Positions 24,562 through 38,905 of a stretch of 64,000 nt of DNA are shown in pieces. Made by a program: the position numbers and the translations under genes. The stretch lies in the NCBI RefSeq assembly GCF_006345805.1, contig NC_042999.1, positions 66,092,001 to 66,156,000 on the forward strand, in the 5' to 3' direction. How positions within the stretch are numbered: the stretch's first letter is position 1; every line of letters begins with the position of its first letter. Below the pieces are notes generated by a model. That model made no database searches, was not told where the DNA came from, and saw only the letters and a program-made list of their open reading frames with translations. This DNA is from Octopus sinensis. Lineage: Eukaryota.

Positions 24562-26211
24562 GCGAGAAAGAAGCAACAAGAATGGATAGGTTTTTAGTAC
24601 AATCGTTTCATACAAGGACAGGCTTTATTAAAAATTACAGCATATAGGGAGAGAAGGGAAGAAATAAAAATAAAAAGAGGGTTCTAGTTATACAGAAGAA
24701 TTAGTAGACGGCAAGTCTGGTTTTAATTTACAGGCATCTAGGAACTAGAGGAGAATATTATTCTTTGGCCAGTAAAACAGCTAATTTATTGCTGTTGAAA
24801 TCAGCTATGAATTAAAAATTACAATTTTAATTTTTTATTTTTAATTTTAATTTTAATTTTTAATTTTTAATTTTAATTCCTAACTTAATCTAATTTAAGT
24901 AGCATAACTCTAATAAAATAAAATGAGATACTATAGCCCCATAATTCTATTTCAAAATTAAATAAATAAGGCTACCCCCTCGGTGATAATATGATTATCT
25001 TCATTATGATAGACAATCCCATAACACCTTGTAAATGATCTTCTAAGATTTGACCTGTAGTCCGTCAATGTATGAATAATAACGGCAACTCCTTAAGACA
25101 ATAAAATGAATAAATTAAATAAGTAAGTTTTATTGTCTTTTTGATAAGATTATACTTAGATTTTCCTAATGTATTTTCTTTTGATTTTAGCATCTGACCC
25201 CTAAACCCCTGACTGTGTTATCTCTTTAGATTCTCTTTAAATGCATAGCTGATTTCAACAGCAATAAATTAGCTGTTTTACTGGCCAAAGAATAATATTC
25301 TCCTCTAGTTCCTAGATGCCTGTAAATTAAAACCAGACTTGCCGTCTACTAATTCTTCTGTATAACTAGAACCCTCTTTTTATTTTTATTTCTTCCCTTC
25401 TCTCCCTATTTCTTTCTCTTTTCTCTTTTTTCTGTTTCTTCTTATTATTCTCTTTTTCCTTTTCTCTTCTCTTTTAGTCCCCTCCCCCCCTTTTTTGCTC
25501 CCTCCTCCTTTATTTTCTCTCTTTTCTTCTATCCCCTTCCCTTTCTATTCTTGGCCTCTCTAGAAAGCCCTTCAGCCTTTAAAAGTTAAATAGCTACAGC
25601 CTCTTGTAAATAGCAGTAATGTGATTAATGTGGCAAATACCTAATCATATAACAAGAATTGATACCTACCTCATTGTGTTCAACCATTGATAAATTTATC
25701 GCCTGTGAATATGAAATCCCTCTTCATTTCTCTGGAAACTTACATCTACACCATTGGAAATTGTGCATCTATACAAAGGATTAATTCACCCTCTCTGTAA
25801 TGCTAATAAGCAGGAATTGAGACCCACCTCGTTGTGATTAACAATGGATAAATTTGTCTTCTGTGAGTATGTAATCCCTCATCATATCTCTGGAAATTCA
25901 TATGTGCTCTATGGATTAGGTCACCTTCTCTGTGATGCTATTAGAACATTTTTAAAATTCTGTGATAAGACTGTACATCATCTTTAAAGAACTTTAATGA
26001 ACTTTGGAAATCTGTTTATGTTACTTAATTATCTACGTTACTTCACGAGTATAGCCTCAACCACTAGGATGTCTAGAGAACTCACATGTATTTTAGCTGA
26101 TGAGTACGGGACACGTTTATATGCTGTAATTTTTACAACTTTTAATAAAGCCTGTCCTTGTATGAAACGATTGTACTAAAAACCTATCCATTCTTGTTGC
26201 TTCTTTCTCGC
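24562..26211 (+). mobile_element. Probable second PLE family with an internally deleted inverted copy of its 3' end
   Basis: 24562-24646 is the reverse complement of 26118-26211 and 24644-24809 is the reverse complement of 25244-25409; AATAAA near 26144. PLE assignment rests on the architecture and weak motifs only. Confidence 0.5.
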
Positions 26212-26328
26212 TTATAATCACCCCACATTACTGTATTGTTAAAACAGTTTAGTTTTTTTTGGTGCATCTAAGTTAGGTACCATATTCAAGTAAATTCATT
26301 TAAATTAACTTGAATCTTTATTGCTTTT

Positions 26329-26374
<46 letters not shown>

Positions 26375-26379
<5 letters not shown>

Positions 26380-27536
26380 AGTGAATTGAAGAAATGGAGT
26401 TGAACGAAGATTGAACAGAAATCGTTTTATTGCATTCTACACGTGTTTCGAAAGGCACAATTTACCAAATTCCGATTGAATAATGAGACCATATTGTGTC
26501 TTTCTCTTCAGGAAGAAATAGGAAATCCGTTGGAAAAAACAAAAACAGAACAGAGGCGGAGGAAAACAAATCGAACGAGGCTCCTAAGAGCCCATGGCCA
26601 AACTGTTTATCAATGTATGTTGAAAACGGGTGGTGGGTGCGTTGAAGATTTTAACGGGTCAGGCAGCGGTCATTCCGGTGGGTGAGGGCACGGAGTGCGT
26701 AGATGTTCTTTGTGACCGAGACTAAAGTTCTGATTATTTAAAGAATATTAGATGTATTATATGGGGCGGGACAAAATCTACTTAGAAACATGTGTGTGTG
26801 TACTGTTCTATATATGTGCGGCCGCAAGTTGGTAAGAAGCGCTACACTCTGGTCACTGCTGAGAAATCCGTCAGGGGGTAGAAAATATTTTATGTGTACG
26901 TGTGTGCGTTTGATCGCGCGGCCGTCAGTTGGTAAACAGCTCTACACAATGGTTACTGCTGTAAAATCCGTCGGGCGGCAGAAAAATATTTTATGTGTGC
27001 GAGTGTTCGTCTAATCAAGCCTTGTCAAAGAAACCCCCCGTCGTCAAAAACAAAACACCATTCGTCTCCCAGGAGTAATTCCCCTTGCAATGGTTAATCA
27101 TATTTCTCTTAAAAGCTTTTTCAGAATTTATTACCAAGGGCTATTTTCATATAAGTAGTGTAACCGGGTGCAGGTATTATTTATAAGCGTTATTTATAAG
27201 CAAGATAAGTATAACGCCGCCAATGGGGGCATCGAAAAGCCGACTGTAAAAGTCCGTTTACCATCCGGTCTCTGGCGAACAATATATGGAAGAGTTCGGA
27301 GACACAAAGGTTGCACTTCCTTCTGCCCCTGTCAAATGGGAGGGCCACCGACAAAATTGACCATTCCAGCCTGTAGCTTGAGTTCGTATTCTTCAATCGC
27401 CATATCAGCTTGCTAAGTCCCTTGGTCTGGCGTTTATTCACGTCTCGAAAAGTTGCGTAATGGTTGGAGATTCGTAGGGCCAATCTTGACGATGAGGCCC
27501 CGACATAAGCGTAGACATCTGAGTCCGTGTAAACCT

Positions 27537-27541
<5 letters not shown>
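26375..27541 (-). mobile_element. Penelope-like retroelement, 5'-truncated: GIY-YIG endonuclease C-terminus plus 3' terminal repeat
   Basis: CKVYTDSDVYAYVGASSSRLALRISNHYATF...LSKLIWRLK...LEWSIL...CNLCVSELFHIL...RCPH* (stop at 27190); flanked by (TA)n on both sides. Confidence 0.85.
26430..26519 (-). ncRNA. Type I hammerhead ribozyme motif (third copy)
   Basis: Catalytic core and both 11-nt stem II strands identical to 20690-20779; differences lie in the stem II loop and outer stem I. Confidence 0.7.
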
Positions 27542-27595
<54 letters not shown>

Positions 27596-29525
27596 TCGGT
27601 AAATCATAAATTCGAAAGAGAAGCGTACTCTAAGTTATAGAGGAGTAGAATAATTTGATAAGAATAATTACGGCCGATCTATGGGGTCACCCTGTGCTTC
27701 ACATCTATAAAGCACTTAACTCTACACTGTTTCTTTAGAACCCAATGGTCGGTGGCGTATAATGTATACGAAACGTGGAGGATGAAAACACATCCTGGCT
27801 CGTTGTTAAACATAGACGCAGCAGCCGATTAGATATAGCGGTAAAAGGGAGATAATCCCATGCGCTTAAACCTTCTGCTTTGTCCGATTGTTCTCTCTCC
27901 AAATTGAAGAGAACTTCTAGGCCATTAAAGTCTGAAGAGACACTATAAAGCTAAGCTCTTTGAATACACATACATACTTATGTATGTATATTCAAGAACT
28001 GAAAAATTACAGAATATTATTACGTCAATAATTATCTTCGCTGTGTTCAATTTCTATCACGATATACATTTCAATTTAACTCTACTCATGTGTACCAGCT
28101 CGTGTTCTTAGCTGTAGGACACTTGTGATCCAACAGATATATGGTAACAAACATGATCATCTTGAAATTTTTATATATCAGGTGTACAAGGTAACCTCCC
28201 TTCTTTGAGACAATAGTGTTAGAGCTTGTAGTATGACGAACGTTATTGTTTGCAATATAGAATTCAATCAGACATGATATGTTGAGAATCAATAAGAACA
28301 ATAGCTATTGACAAAATGGCATTTTTGTTTCTTTTGATAGCTTTCCCACATCCACAGGTACTTTCTGACTGCGAGCAGCATGGTCAGATAGGTTCCAGCT
28401 GTGACCAACCGCTCTTTCTTTTAAAGTTATTATCTACAGTTATATTATCGAATGTGTCCAACTGTGTGGATGAAGTTTATTTCTTTTTTTAACAGAGCAA
28501 GATCACACGACATGCTATCTGAGCACAAATATTGCAGTAACTAGCCTATCGACCGCTGAGAGGATTAGAACAGCAGTGAAAGACATGTTCTGCTCAAGAA
28601 CAAAGCGCATCGCACGGTCCAGGCACCACAATATAACGATCATGAGTCCAACCCCCTAACCATGCCATGCACTTCTCCAAATGAAACAACATTTTACAGA
28701 ATCTACCGTAGACTCGAAACTGATAAGAGATATATCATGTTAAGATATAATGAATATATACCACTTCCTGCAAGACATTTCCAATTTTATTATCACAAAC
28801 CAAAATTTATTTTAATCTTCTTTCCTTTCGTTTAGAAAAATAAAGTAGCAACATTTCGACGATTCTTTTTAAATGTTCCTTTCATTACTTCTTTTAAAGA
28901 AACCATTTTTCTATATTTGTTCCTTGATTATATATAATATCTATACTATAGTTGACAAAGAATTCTATTAAAACTCTAAACTAATTTTCCATTTTCTATA
29001 GATTTTTCTCGTTCCTTTTTATGCCTTGTATGATTAGATCAATTTATATTCAGTTGGTTTCAGGCCATATTTTAGAAATCATTTTCCTTTAGCTTACTAA
29101 ATTTTTCTGCTGGTTTATTTCAATTAATTAGGAGAAAGTTTTCTTCCCTTCTACAGTCTTGAGAAACTAAGCCGTTTGTGTTTTAAATAATGCATTACTT
29201 TATATTAAAGAATTTCTATTTTAGTCTTCAGTATTTGGCAGATGTCCTCGGTATTTGGCAACGTAACGGTGGAAAGCGTAGTGGCCTCACTATAATCAAG
29301 ATCATTGTCTAGATCTTAGACTTCATTCTACTAGGGTCAGGTTTACTTTGAACCCCTTTGTTGAATTTCTTTATTGGAATATACTCAGTGAATTTGCTAT
29401 TGTGGGCGAGGAAGCAAGGAGCATCTACTTGATCAGTGGGCTTGAAATATATACCAGGCGAATATAGCTGAAATCTAACAGTTCTGTCTTATATAAAGAA
29501 AAGTCAGGTTAGTATGGTCTTATAT

Positions 29526-30680
29526 ATACTAGCAAATCTACCCATGTACGATGGAGACATAAAATGAAGGAGGCAAGTCATAACAGCAGTATGCATTGCG
29601 AACTGTGTAAATGGACTTGATAGACTATTGCATGATGTCTTCTGGAAATCACATTATTGTTGGTGATACAGTATTCTATTGCAGCTATATGACATGTGTT
29701 TGCGATTAAGTGACATATGATGTCAATTCACTTCCGAACAAAAATAGGATCCCAGCCTCTGTATCATGAATGATTATGTTGCCCACTCCTAACGAAAGCC
29801 AGAATTCCTTCGACCACTACATAAAAAGTATTTAGAAAAATGTTATTTAGATATACTTTTATTTGAGTTGTTTACACTGTTTTACGCTTGTTTGTACACT
29901 TATACGTTCAAAGGTCACAAATTTCCTCATTGAAATTATGATTCGTATTCCTTTCGAGAATATCAATATGTTTACAAACGTCTTTGTAGACGATATTTTT
30001 CTGTTTGGTCGACTCTAATTTTCAGATTACGGGATTTCCTTGCTTTACTCATAGTGACGTATAACTGACCGTCTGTAATAATCGGAGTGGGTAAAAATAC
30101 ACCTACACGATCTAAAGTCTATCCTGTGCCTTGTTTGCTGTGAATGCACGAGTGGTATATTTAGGGTTGAAAAAAACAAACAAACGAATGTTTACATCTC
30201 ACCTTTCTATGCAAATAATATCTGGATATTCTGGAACCATGGGTTATTTTGATTGACAAAAGCGAGGTGTAAACAACAGCCGCTTCAATTGGTCGTTTTG
30301 AATCCTGCTCGAGACTGATACACTTCAATAACCACTAAATAATCACACACACTGTTTTCCATTTTATTTTCGATTTTAACCGTCCTCGCGACCCCCTTCG
30401 TATCTACGATGAGGCCACGGACTATACGATGAAAATCCAGTATTCCTCGTGGTCGGTAAATTTTTAGTAAAATGCAAAGGTGGTCTATCAATTCAAAATC
30501 GATATCCACGAAATAATCATACTTTCTGATATTTGAATGCTAAAAATCTTCCTCACGATCGTCTTTGTAATCCCGAAAAATATCGTAACCATTGGTCCAG
30601 CCGTGAAGAGGGGACAGGCAAAGACACGGACAGACGGACAGACAGACATAACATCCATTACAGTAAAATTCGTAAAACAC
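29526..30680 (+). mobile_element. Possible Helitron/Helentron-associated remnant
   Basis: Starts tactagc; NCVNGLDRLLHDV then GNHIIVGD, similar to PIF1 ALDRxLRD...GGD; ends with an acagacggacagacagac tract. Confidence 0.3.
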
Positions 30681-32750
30681 AGTTTGGACACTGTTAGATT
30701 AAATAGAACCCTATCCAAATTGGAACATGTAAGAGACTACATGGAGCCAATGAACTGATACGGTAAAGTGATATGGTAGAGTGATTTTTGTCCCCTTAGT
30801 TGGAACAAGGTGCGTCCAAATAGAGAACACCAGGAAAAAAATCTTGCTCCACTTATTTAAGCTTCTTCAGTTGTCGATTTAGAACAACACTGATAGTTAC
30901 TTTGTTTAATTATTCCAGCGGTTTATGTAGAAGCTCTTTCACTTCACTCTCTAACTAATTATCCTACGAAGACATGGACGTGTGCTATCTCTCATAGAGA
31001 GAAGAAAGAATTACGGTGGACTTCGGGGCTATGTATAAACAACGAAACGACGATCGCCAATCAAATGGTATGTCATAGAATCATTATTTAGATTTTTAGT
31101 CTCGCTGTTTTACACATTAACTGGAACACGATGAAGATGAAATCAACCCAATTTACCTTAAATCAGTAGGACGGTTGTGATAAACGATGGCACAGAAATA
31201 TGTTTTATTGCGTAATACAAGATTCACTATTTCTGGGAAAAGGCAATACCAAAGGGAGATTACATCTGTAAGAGCTTTCCTTATATGGTTTGCTTTATCT
31301 GGATTCAGCGTGGGCGATTTTAAATTTCAGATCTATGATTTTAATTAAATTCATTTTACCATCACACAGGATAAAATTTTAAGGGTGTACAGTTCGGATA
31401 TTCTATGAAAAGCACATCATATATCAACAAAATAGCATCTACATGCTCACTCATCCTAGTGCATGGAGCAGGTAAATCTGTCTCACGTTATTGCATGGCC
31501 TCTTAAATGTATGTAGGAAAAGAATAGACAAGATGGTTACGACTGAAAAGCATTTTGACATAGATCTGTTCTTTCAAGACTAAATTTGAGCTAAACAATG
31601 ACAATAAAATTGTAATGCGCGCTCTACGGATTTACGCTTCTCATATTCCATTTATGTAGTTAAATGCTAGTCATTCCTATTCTGTCGCCTTTATGAACTG
31701 TAGATTACTGGTCTCCAATCCTTTAGCTTATAATTGTTCTCTATTAACTTCTGAAGTCCAATACTCTATTAAATCCTGGGTTCCAGTCAGGTTGTGTTTA
31801 ATGATAGTTTTCATTTCTATGATATTGGCAAAATTTAAAATAATAATGTATTTGTATCAATCAGACCCTAGAAATAATTGCTTCGTGTCTAATCAAAATA
31901 TATAATAGATTATAATCACTATTCCTAGGAGAATATATCCAGCCAATTTATGTTCCTACATTAATTATTTGCTTCAATCTTACTGCTGTATTTCCCAAAC
32001 CACAGTTGATTTATGCATAGATTAGAAAATTCCTTTTTCATGACTATTATTGTATTCTATTGAATCAGTTGGTAGTGTGTCAAAATGAGGTGTCCTATGG
32101 AAATAAAGAATGAATGACAGAAAAAAGAAAGAAAAAAAGACAGATACACAGACAGACATATATCCACACACATACACACAGCAGAAAATCTTCACATAGT
32201 ATTATATACGACATTTTATTGCCTTATATCGAATCCTACTAAGACCAAATTTATTCTTTAGTAAGCACTTCAGTAGTGTTCTGATGACGGTAAAACACCT
32301 ACTGGGGATGTTAGCTTTATCTACTTATAAAAGTTTGATTTGCAAGATTAATAGTTAAAGCTTAGAACGATTGAAACACGCTGTAGAGGTGAGACTTTTA
32401 ATATAAAAGAGTTTGTGGATGAGTTCACCGAGTTCAGCTAGTGAGCAGGGAAGAACCAAACGTTTCAGGCTGTGGTCCTTCCTCTAAAAGAATGAGATTG
32501 TTAAACACAAATATAGAGAGTCACACATAGAGTTGGTGACAAAAAGAGTGAAAAAAAGAGTTGGTTTCGATCTGAAAGCATAGATGGATGCTTAACAAAT
32601 TTGCTTTTTGTAAGTTTTTGTAAGTTTTTGTAAGTTTGATTCCTTTGCGGGGCACTTATGAAAGTGTTTTCTACTACAGTCTAAACTGAGCAGAAACTCA
32701 TCATACCATTATATATATATATATATATTTGTGTGTGTGTTTGTGTGTGG

Positions 32751-32815
<65 letters not shown>

Positions 32816-33782
32816 CATGTATGTATGTATATTCAGATGTATATATATTTTCCTTAATTCCAATCTCGTCGAAGTCAACTTTAAATTTCATCATTTCGGG
32901 TCAATAGAATAATGTAGCAATCAACGATATCACTTATCGTCCATTAAATTTCATGGTCTTCTGCGTACATTAAAATTAATTTTCATATTATATCCCATAA
33001 GTTGGAAAAAGTTTTGAAAGCACATCTCTAAACTCTGTATTCAGCACTGTGACATTTGCACTAATTTCGCTGTTTTCCCACAGATGATATATACCGGTTC
33101 TTCCGACTTGTTTTAATGTTTGTTCTTCAACAAATACAAGAAACTGCGGTAAAAATAACTGAGAGCAGCGAACCTATGTGTTATATACTTTTTTTTCCAT
33201 ATAGTAGCTAAGGAAATAATCCGTAATATTTTAAGTACATTCATACACTTCTGTCATAGCATATTATCTGTTTTCTCATTTCTCTCTTCGTCTAACAATT
33301 CATATCTTTATTCATTTCCTGTTAGTTATCCAAATGTTTATACCAGTCGATATTAGCAATCATATCACATTTGTAAATATTTTTCCTTTGCTTTTGTCGC
33401 GTTCTATTCTGTATTCAATAACAAATTTATTTAACCGTTTTCGAAGTTGGAATTTCTTGAGTACTAGACAGCTGTCCGTGAGTGCAGCGAGTCTATATCA
33501 GATTACGGAAACTTTGTCGTGTTTATCGCAAAGAAATTTATCTCCTAATATTCTTTTACATCAAAGTCTGTCGATTGTGCGGTAGAGTATAATTCATGTG
33601 AGTCATCAATAGCAGTACTAGAAATTTATTGTCTGGTATGTGTTGTAATGTATTTACTTCCGTATGTCTTCTGTTGAACAGAATCAACGAGAAACCTGTA
33701 AGAAGCTGTTCAACTTACAAGCAGTAGCTGTAATTACTTGCAGCTTTATGTACTTACGTTATAGAAGCATCAGTGAGTTAAA

Positions 33783-34160
33783 GGCGGCGAGCTGGTAGAA
33801 ACGTTAGCACGCCGGGCGTAATGCTTAGCGGTATTTCGTCTGCCGCTACGTTCTGAGTTCAAATTCAGCCGAGGTCGACTTTACCGTTCATCATTTCGGG
33901 GTCGATAAATTAAGTACCAGTCACGCACTGGGGTCGATGTAATCGACTTAATCCGTTTGTCTGTCCTTGTTTGTCCCGTCTGTTTTTAGCCCCTTGTGTG
34001 TAGTAAAGAAACAGGTATTTCGTCTGCCGTTACGTTCTGAGTTCAAATTCCGCCGAGGTCGATTTTGTCTTCATTCTTTCGGAGTCGATAAATTAAGTAC
34101 CAGTTACGCACTGGTGTCGACGTAATCGACTTAATCCATTAGCCCCTAAAGAAATAAGAA
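33783..34160 (+). mobile_element. SINE family A dimer
   Basis: Junction at 34013/34014. Confidence 0.9.
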
Positions 34161-36423
34161 ACGTTAGTGAGTCAGTCGTGAACACATTTGCGGTGACAGT
34201 AGAAATTTCTGAATCATTACCTTTTACACACCTCCAAGCCACTTATTTCTCATAACGAACTTCAAAGCTAAGAACATTAAATCACCTAATTTACGATTGA
34301 TTGCTGTCTTAAGCCTATCAAAAATATTCACTGTTAGTGATAATAATGAAAACTTCATCAACATTTAATTCCATCATCACTATGTGGGAATGAACGAAAT
34401 ATAAAAATCTATAGTCTGGAATCATCTGTCGCTGCTATTAAAACACATCACTAGCATTCCAAACAGATCAAACGTCTAATAAATTTGTTTAACACGTACA
34501 CGAATAAAATTTAACATTTCAGGCAATGATGTTCCGTAGGGAAGTGCTTTTAGTCTTCTCCTCCCACCCTTAAACTCTTAATGCTCGAGACCTCGATTTA
34601 AACGGCTTCCGTAAATATATTGATTTCTTACGCAAAAACGAAGCCTATGCGACATATAAGTGTGAAAAAGATCGACACCAGAGCTCGGATTTTACTTATT
34701 TTCACCTCAGCAGAATGGTCCAAAGTGAATAAAAGATAATCTTGAACAACACTAAATGCTGACCTTATGAAATAAACTCAAAACAATAAGCACTACGCAA
34801 AAAGTTTTTACGCTACAGAATCTAGAATTGAAAGAAAAGAGTAATAAGCCAACCGGTATCTACAGAAACACTTATTTTCGAAATAAACTACCAGAACATG
34901 TTGGATCGAGGTTTCTCATAAATCCCTATTCGCGAGACAAGACGTCAGAGAAGGCTCTTCTGATTAGATGAGACTTAGGAGAATTAAGTTACATTTAAAG
35001 TCCAATATCAGATAAAAGACTACTAAATTTTGTCATATCTCGGTAACCGAAGGAACCGGCTCGATGGAAACACACGAAGAAAACAAAAGGCATGCAAAGA
35101 ATTGACTTCGATTTATAAGCGTTCGCGAATTGTATATGTGCAGTGGGAAGATAATTATATATCATTAAACAAAAGAATGTACGCATTTGTGTTTAGAGTG
35201 CGTATATCTGTGTATTTTTGTATATACGTATGTATATACATTGATATATGCACATACTTACATATAAACTTATACATACACGTAGGCATTAATATATGTA
35301 GTATGCACATACGTACATATACATATATATACATAATGCATACATATATACATACACACAAACACACATATATATATTATTAAGATATATATATATATGT
35401 GTGTGTGTGTGTGTATGTATATATATATATACATCAGCAACATGCTTACATACGTGTATAGGGGCGCGCAAGTGCGTGTGTGTGCATTCAGAGAGAAAGA
35501 AAGAGAGATTAATGCTGAATAGATACAGAGACAGAGCGACACAGAGAGAGTGTGTGAGGGTGCGAGAAAGAAAGGGAGAGAGAGAGCGACAAACACACAC
35601 ACACACATACACACACACATACATACAAACATTCTGTGTGGTAGCTTGTTGTACACTCATTAAAGTGACTTAAGTTGAAAATATATTATTCCTCAATGGC
35701 TTTTTTCCTGTTGGAAACGTCTACATTAATAGCATTTTGTTTACCATTATTTCTACTCCGATCTAAATATAGCAGTATGAGATATTACATTACTTCTCCT
35801 ATTTCTTTATATATAGTTCACGTTTCACAGTAAATCATACCGATTTTATCTTAATTGCTTTTTTTTTAGTTGACCAATCGACTATAAGTTAGTGTCTTTC
35901 TAACATATAATCAGTGTTTCGGTGTGATCATGTCTCCTACTACTACCACTTCTCCGCCTCCTTTCTCTTCTAATTCACGTTGTTGGGGTACTTTACATTC
36001 TCTTATTTTAGATGGAACCTGAGCGATATATGCTAAAGTATTGAATGAAATCTCTTCTGACGTTTGACTGTATAAAATTTTATCTCCCACGTTCAAATCT
36101 CACCGTGGCTGTGTTTCTCTGTATATTGGTTTCATATTTCTATAAATGTGTGTGACATTATGCCTGTGTTTTATCCTTTATTTGCTTCAGTTATTGGATA
36201 GCAGCCATTCTGGAGTTTCCCCTTATAAGGTTACCATCGAAAAAATCGGGCCCAATACCTATAATTTTTTTTTTTTTGAAGTCTTCAATGTATTTTAAAG
36301 TTTATTTTGCCTAACCGCTAGACTACGGGGGCGTAAGCAAATGTCCAGTGGTTGTTAAGCAGTGGATTGTCAAACACGTACACAAACATAGACACATTAT
36401 ATCTATAGCTATATTTGTCATTA

Positions 36424-36497
<74 letters not shown>

Positions 36498-36517
36498 GTA
36501 TACATATATATATATAT

Positions 36518-36975
36518 GAGAAATCTCGAGTTGCACATGAGAAAGTAAGGAGAGATGTCAGGAAGGGCATCGCTGTTACACTTCCAGAAGGGAAGGGTCT
36601 TCCTTTGATTATGACATGCAATGCCTGTGCAAGACCCTGTCTCAGTAAAGCTGGAGTCATCTTCGTAGTCATAAACCGAGACAGATGAGTGACAACCTGG
36701 CCACTGGTGGTGGTGTAACACACCATACTAATCATATCTGTCAGGCATGTGGGAGAGAGTGTAATTCGGCAGGAGGACTTAAACGACATGCAAAGGTACA
36801 TGAAGCCCAGCTACAACTACAGCCGGCTATTACCAGTACAGGTTTTAGTTGCCAATTTTGTACAAGACATTGTAGATCTTTAGCTGGGCTAAAAAGTCAC
36901 ATTCGATCACAGCACCAGTAACAGTTAAGTTTCGTGCAATGGCCATACTCGATAACGAGGGGGCAGCCATAATAC
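36518..36975 (+). mobile_element. RTE-clade LINE 3' end encoding three tandem C2H2 zinc fingers
   Basis: CNACARPCLSKAG/HLRSH (frameshifted), [43 protein letters not shown]; RTE-like 3' end ggccatactcgataacgagggggg cagccataa; truncated at (TA)n. Confidence 0.7.
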
Positions 36976-37800
36976 ATATATATATATACATATATATATA
37001 TACATATATATGTGTGTATTTGTATTCGTGTACGAATATAAATAAATAAATAATAAATAAATAAATATATATATATATATAATATATATATATATATAAT
37101 ATATATATATATATTGCTTTTGATATATAAGTACATGCATATTATATACATATACATGTATATATATATATATTCACATAGATATACATACATACATAAA
37201 CACACACACACACACACACGCATATATATATATATATATAATATATACAAAGGAGAGAGAGAGAGCGAGATCTGGATAGGTCGATAGATACATAAATAGA
37301 TGTAGAGGTAGGTATAAAGGCATACATACATACATACATGCATGCATGCATACATACATACATACATACATACATAGATACAAACATACACACATACACA
37401 CTGAGACAATTTATTAAAAATCTGTAATTCCACGTTATCAGCCGCCTGGAAGATAAATGCATACCTAATAATGTTGTTCGATCTAAAACTGAAATTGATT
37501 CAAACTAATCTGTTGTGTACTATGCACATCTATGAACGGAGTAATGTTCTCTTGAGAGAAAACGACGCTCTGACAGACGGACATGATGTTTTTGAAGCTG
37601 AGGATTTTAAAATTATGGAGACAATATTTACATATGGTCTGAGGAAACACAATTACATCTCATAATGCAAGAAAACAGTTACATAATCAAGAAGATGCAC
37701 ACCTGGAAAACTAGGTTGCGTTGAAACAATTGTAGTTATTGAAAAATGCATGTCCAACTGTACACCTTCTTGATGACTCCAACACTCCAATATATCCAAT

Positions 37801-37846
<46 letters not shown>

Positions 37847-38692
37847 TAACTCTTACTATACATCATTGGCTCTCTTTCCGTTCCCAGCGAACATGCAGCT
37901 ACACTCATTTCTCTCCTTCATTTATATTCATTTATTTTCATTCAAGCACACGTCTTGGTTAAGTAACTGGTGTCACCCTTTCTTTTATTTTCCCAAGTGG
38001 TAACATTAGCTTGAATATACAGAAGAAAACTAAGTCTAGTGGCGTCTTTTAATATGGTACAAAAGAAAGTTTTTATTGCTTAAGGCAAACTAGATGGCCA
38101 CCAGTACACTTTGTAAAGTAAACTGCTTTGAGAACGTTTTTCATATGGAGAACATAGCGATCCCTCTTCATGTTTTCATGATTAAAAGTAATCAAAGCCT
38201 TTCGCAGACTGTTTATTAATATGGTAGGCAGGGAATGCAATTTTAGAAACCGAACTGACATTGGAATATGAACATGAAAAAGGGACCACCCAACAACATT
38301 GAATTGGCAGTAACATCGAATATTAACACCCTCGAATTAGGCCGCTTGTCCAACACATATCAGCGGGGAAATTGAATATATGATAATGATCATATCAGGA
38401 CAGTGCAATCTTTCATTGATTGCAAACACAGACACACTCACACCAAAGCACACATAGACACATATACACACATATATATAGACGCGTATGAATGTGAGTA
38501 AAGCTATTTTCAACTCATATGACATTGTAGTAATTCACGTCACTTTTAAAATTCTGCTGAGCCCTCGTTGCCATTCATAGGCATTGATTTATTTTAAAGT
38601 ATTTCTGCAGATGTTCGTATATGTGTGTAGGTGTGGGTATGTCTGTGTGTTTGTGTGAGTGCTTGTGAGTGAATGCATTAATACATACATAT

Positions 38693-38759
<67 letters not shown>

Positions 38760-38870
38760 TGTATATGTATATATATTTATATATATATATAGAGAGAGAG
38801 AGAGATAAATAACTACATACATAAATACGTATACGTATGCATGCATACACATGAACATATATGCATTTGA

Positions 38871-38905
<35 letters not shown>

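Noticed and set aside
32281-32300. ctgatga motifs here and near 45090 and 63258 as hammerhead cores
   Set aside because: No downstream stem II plus GAAA.
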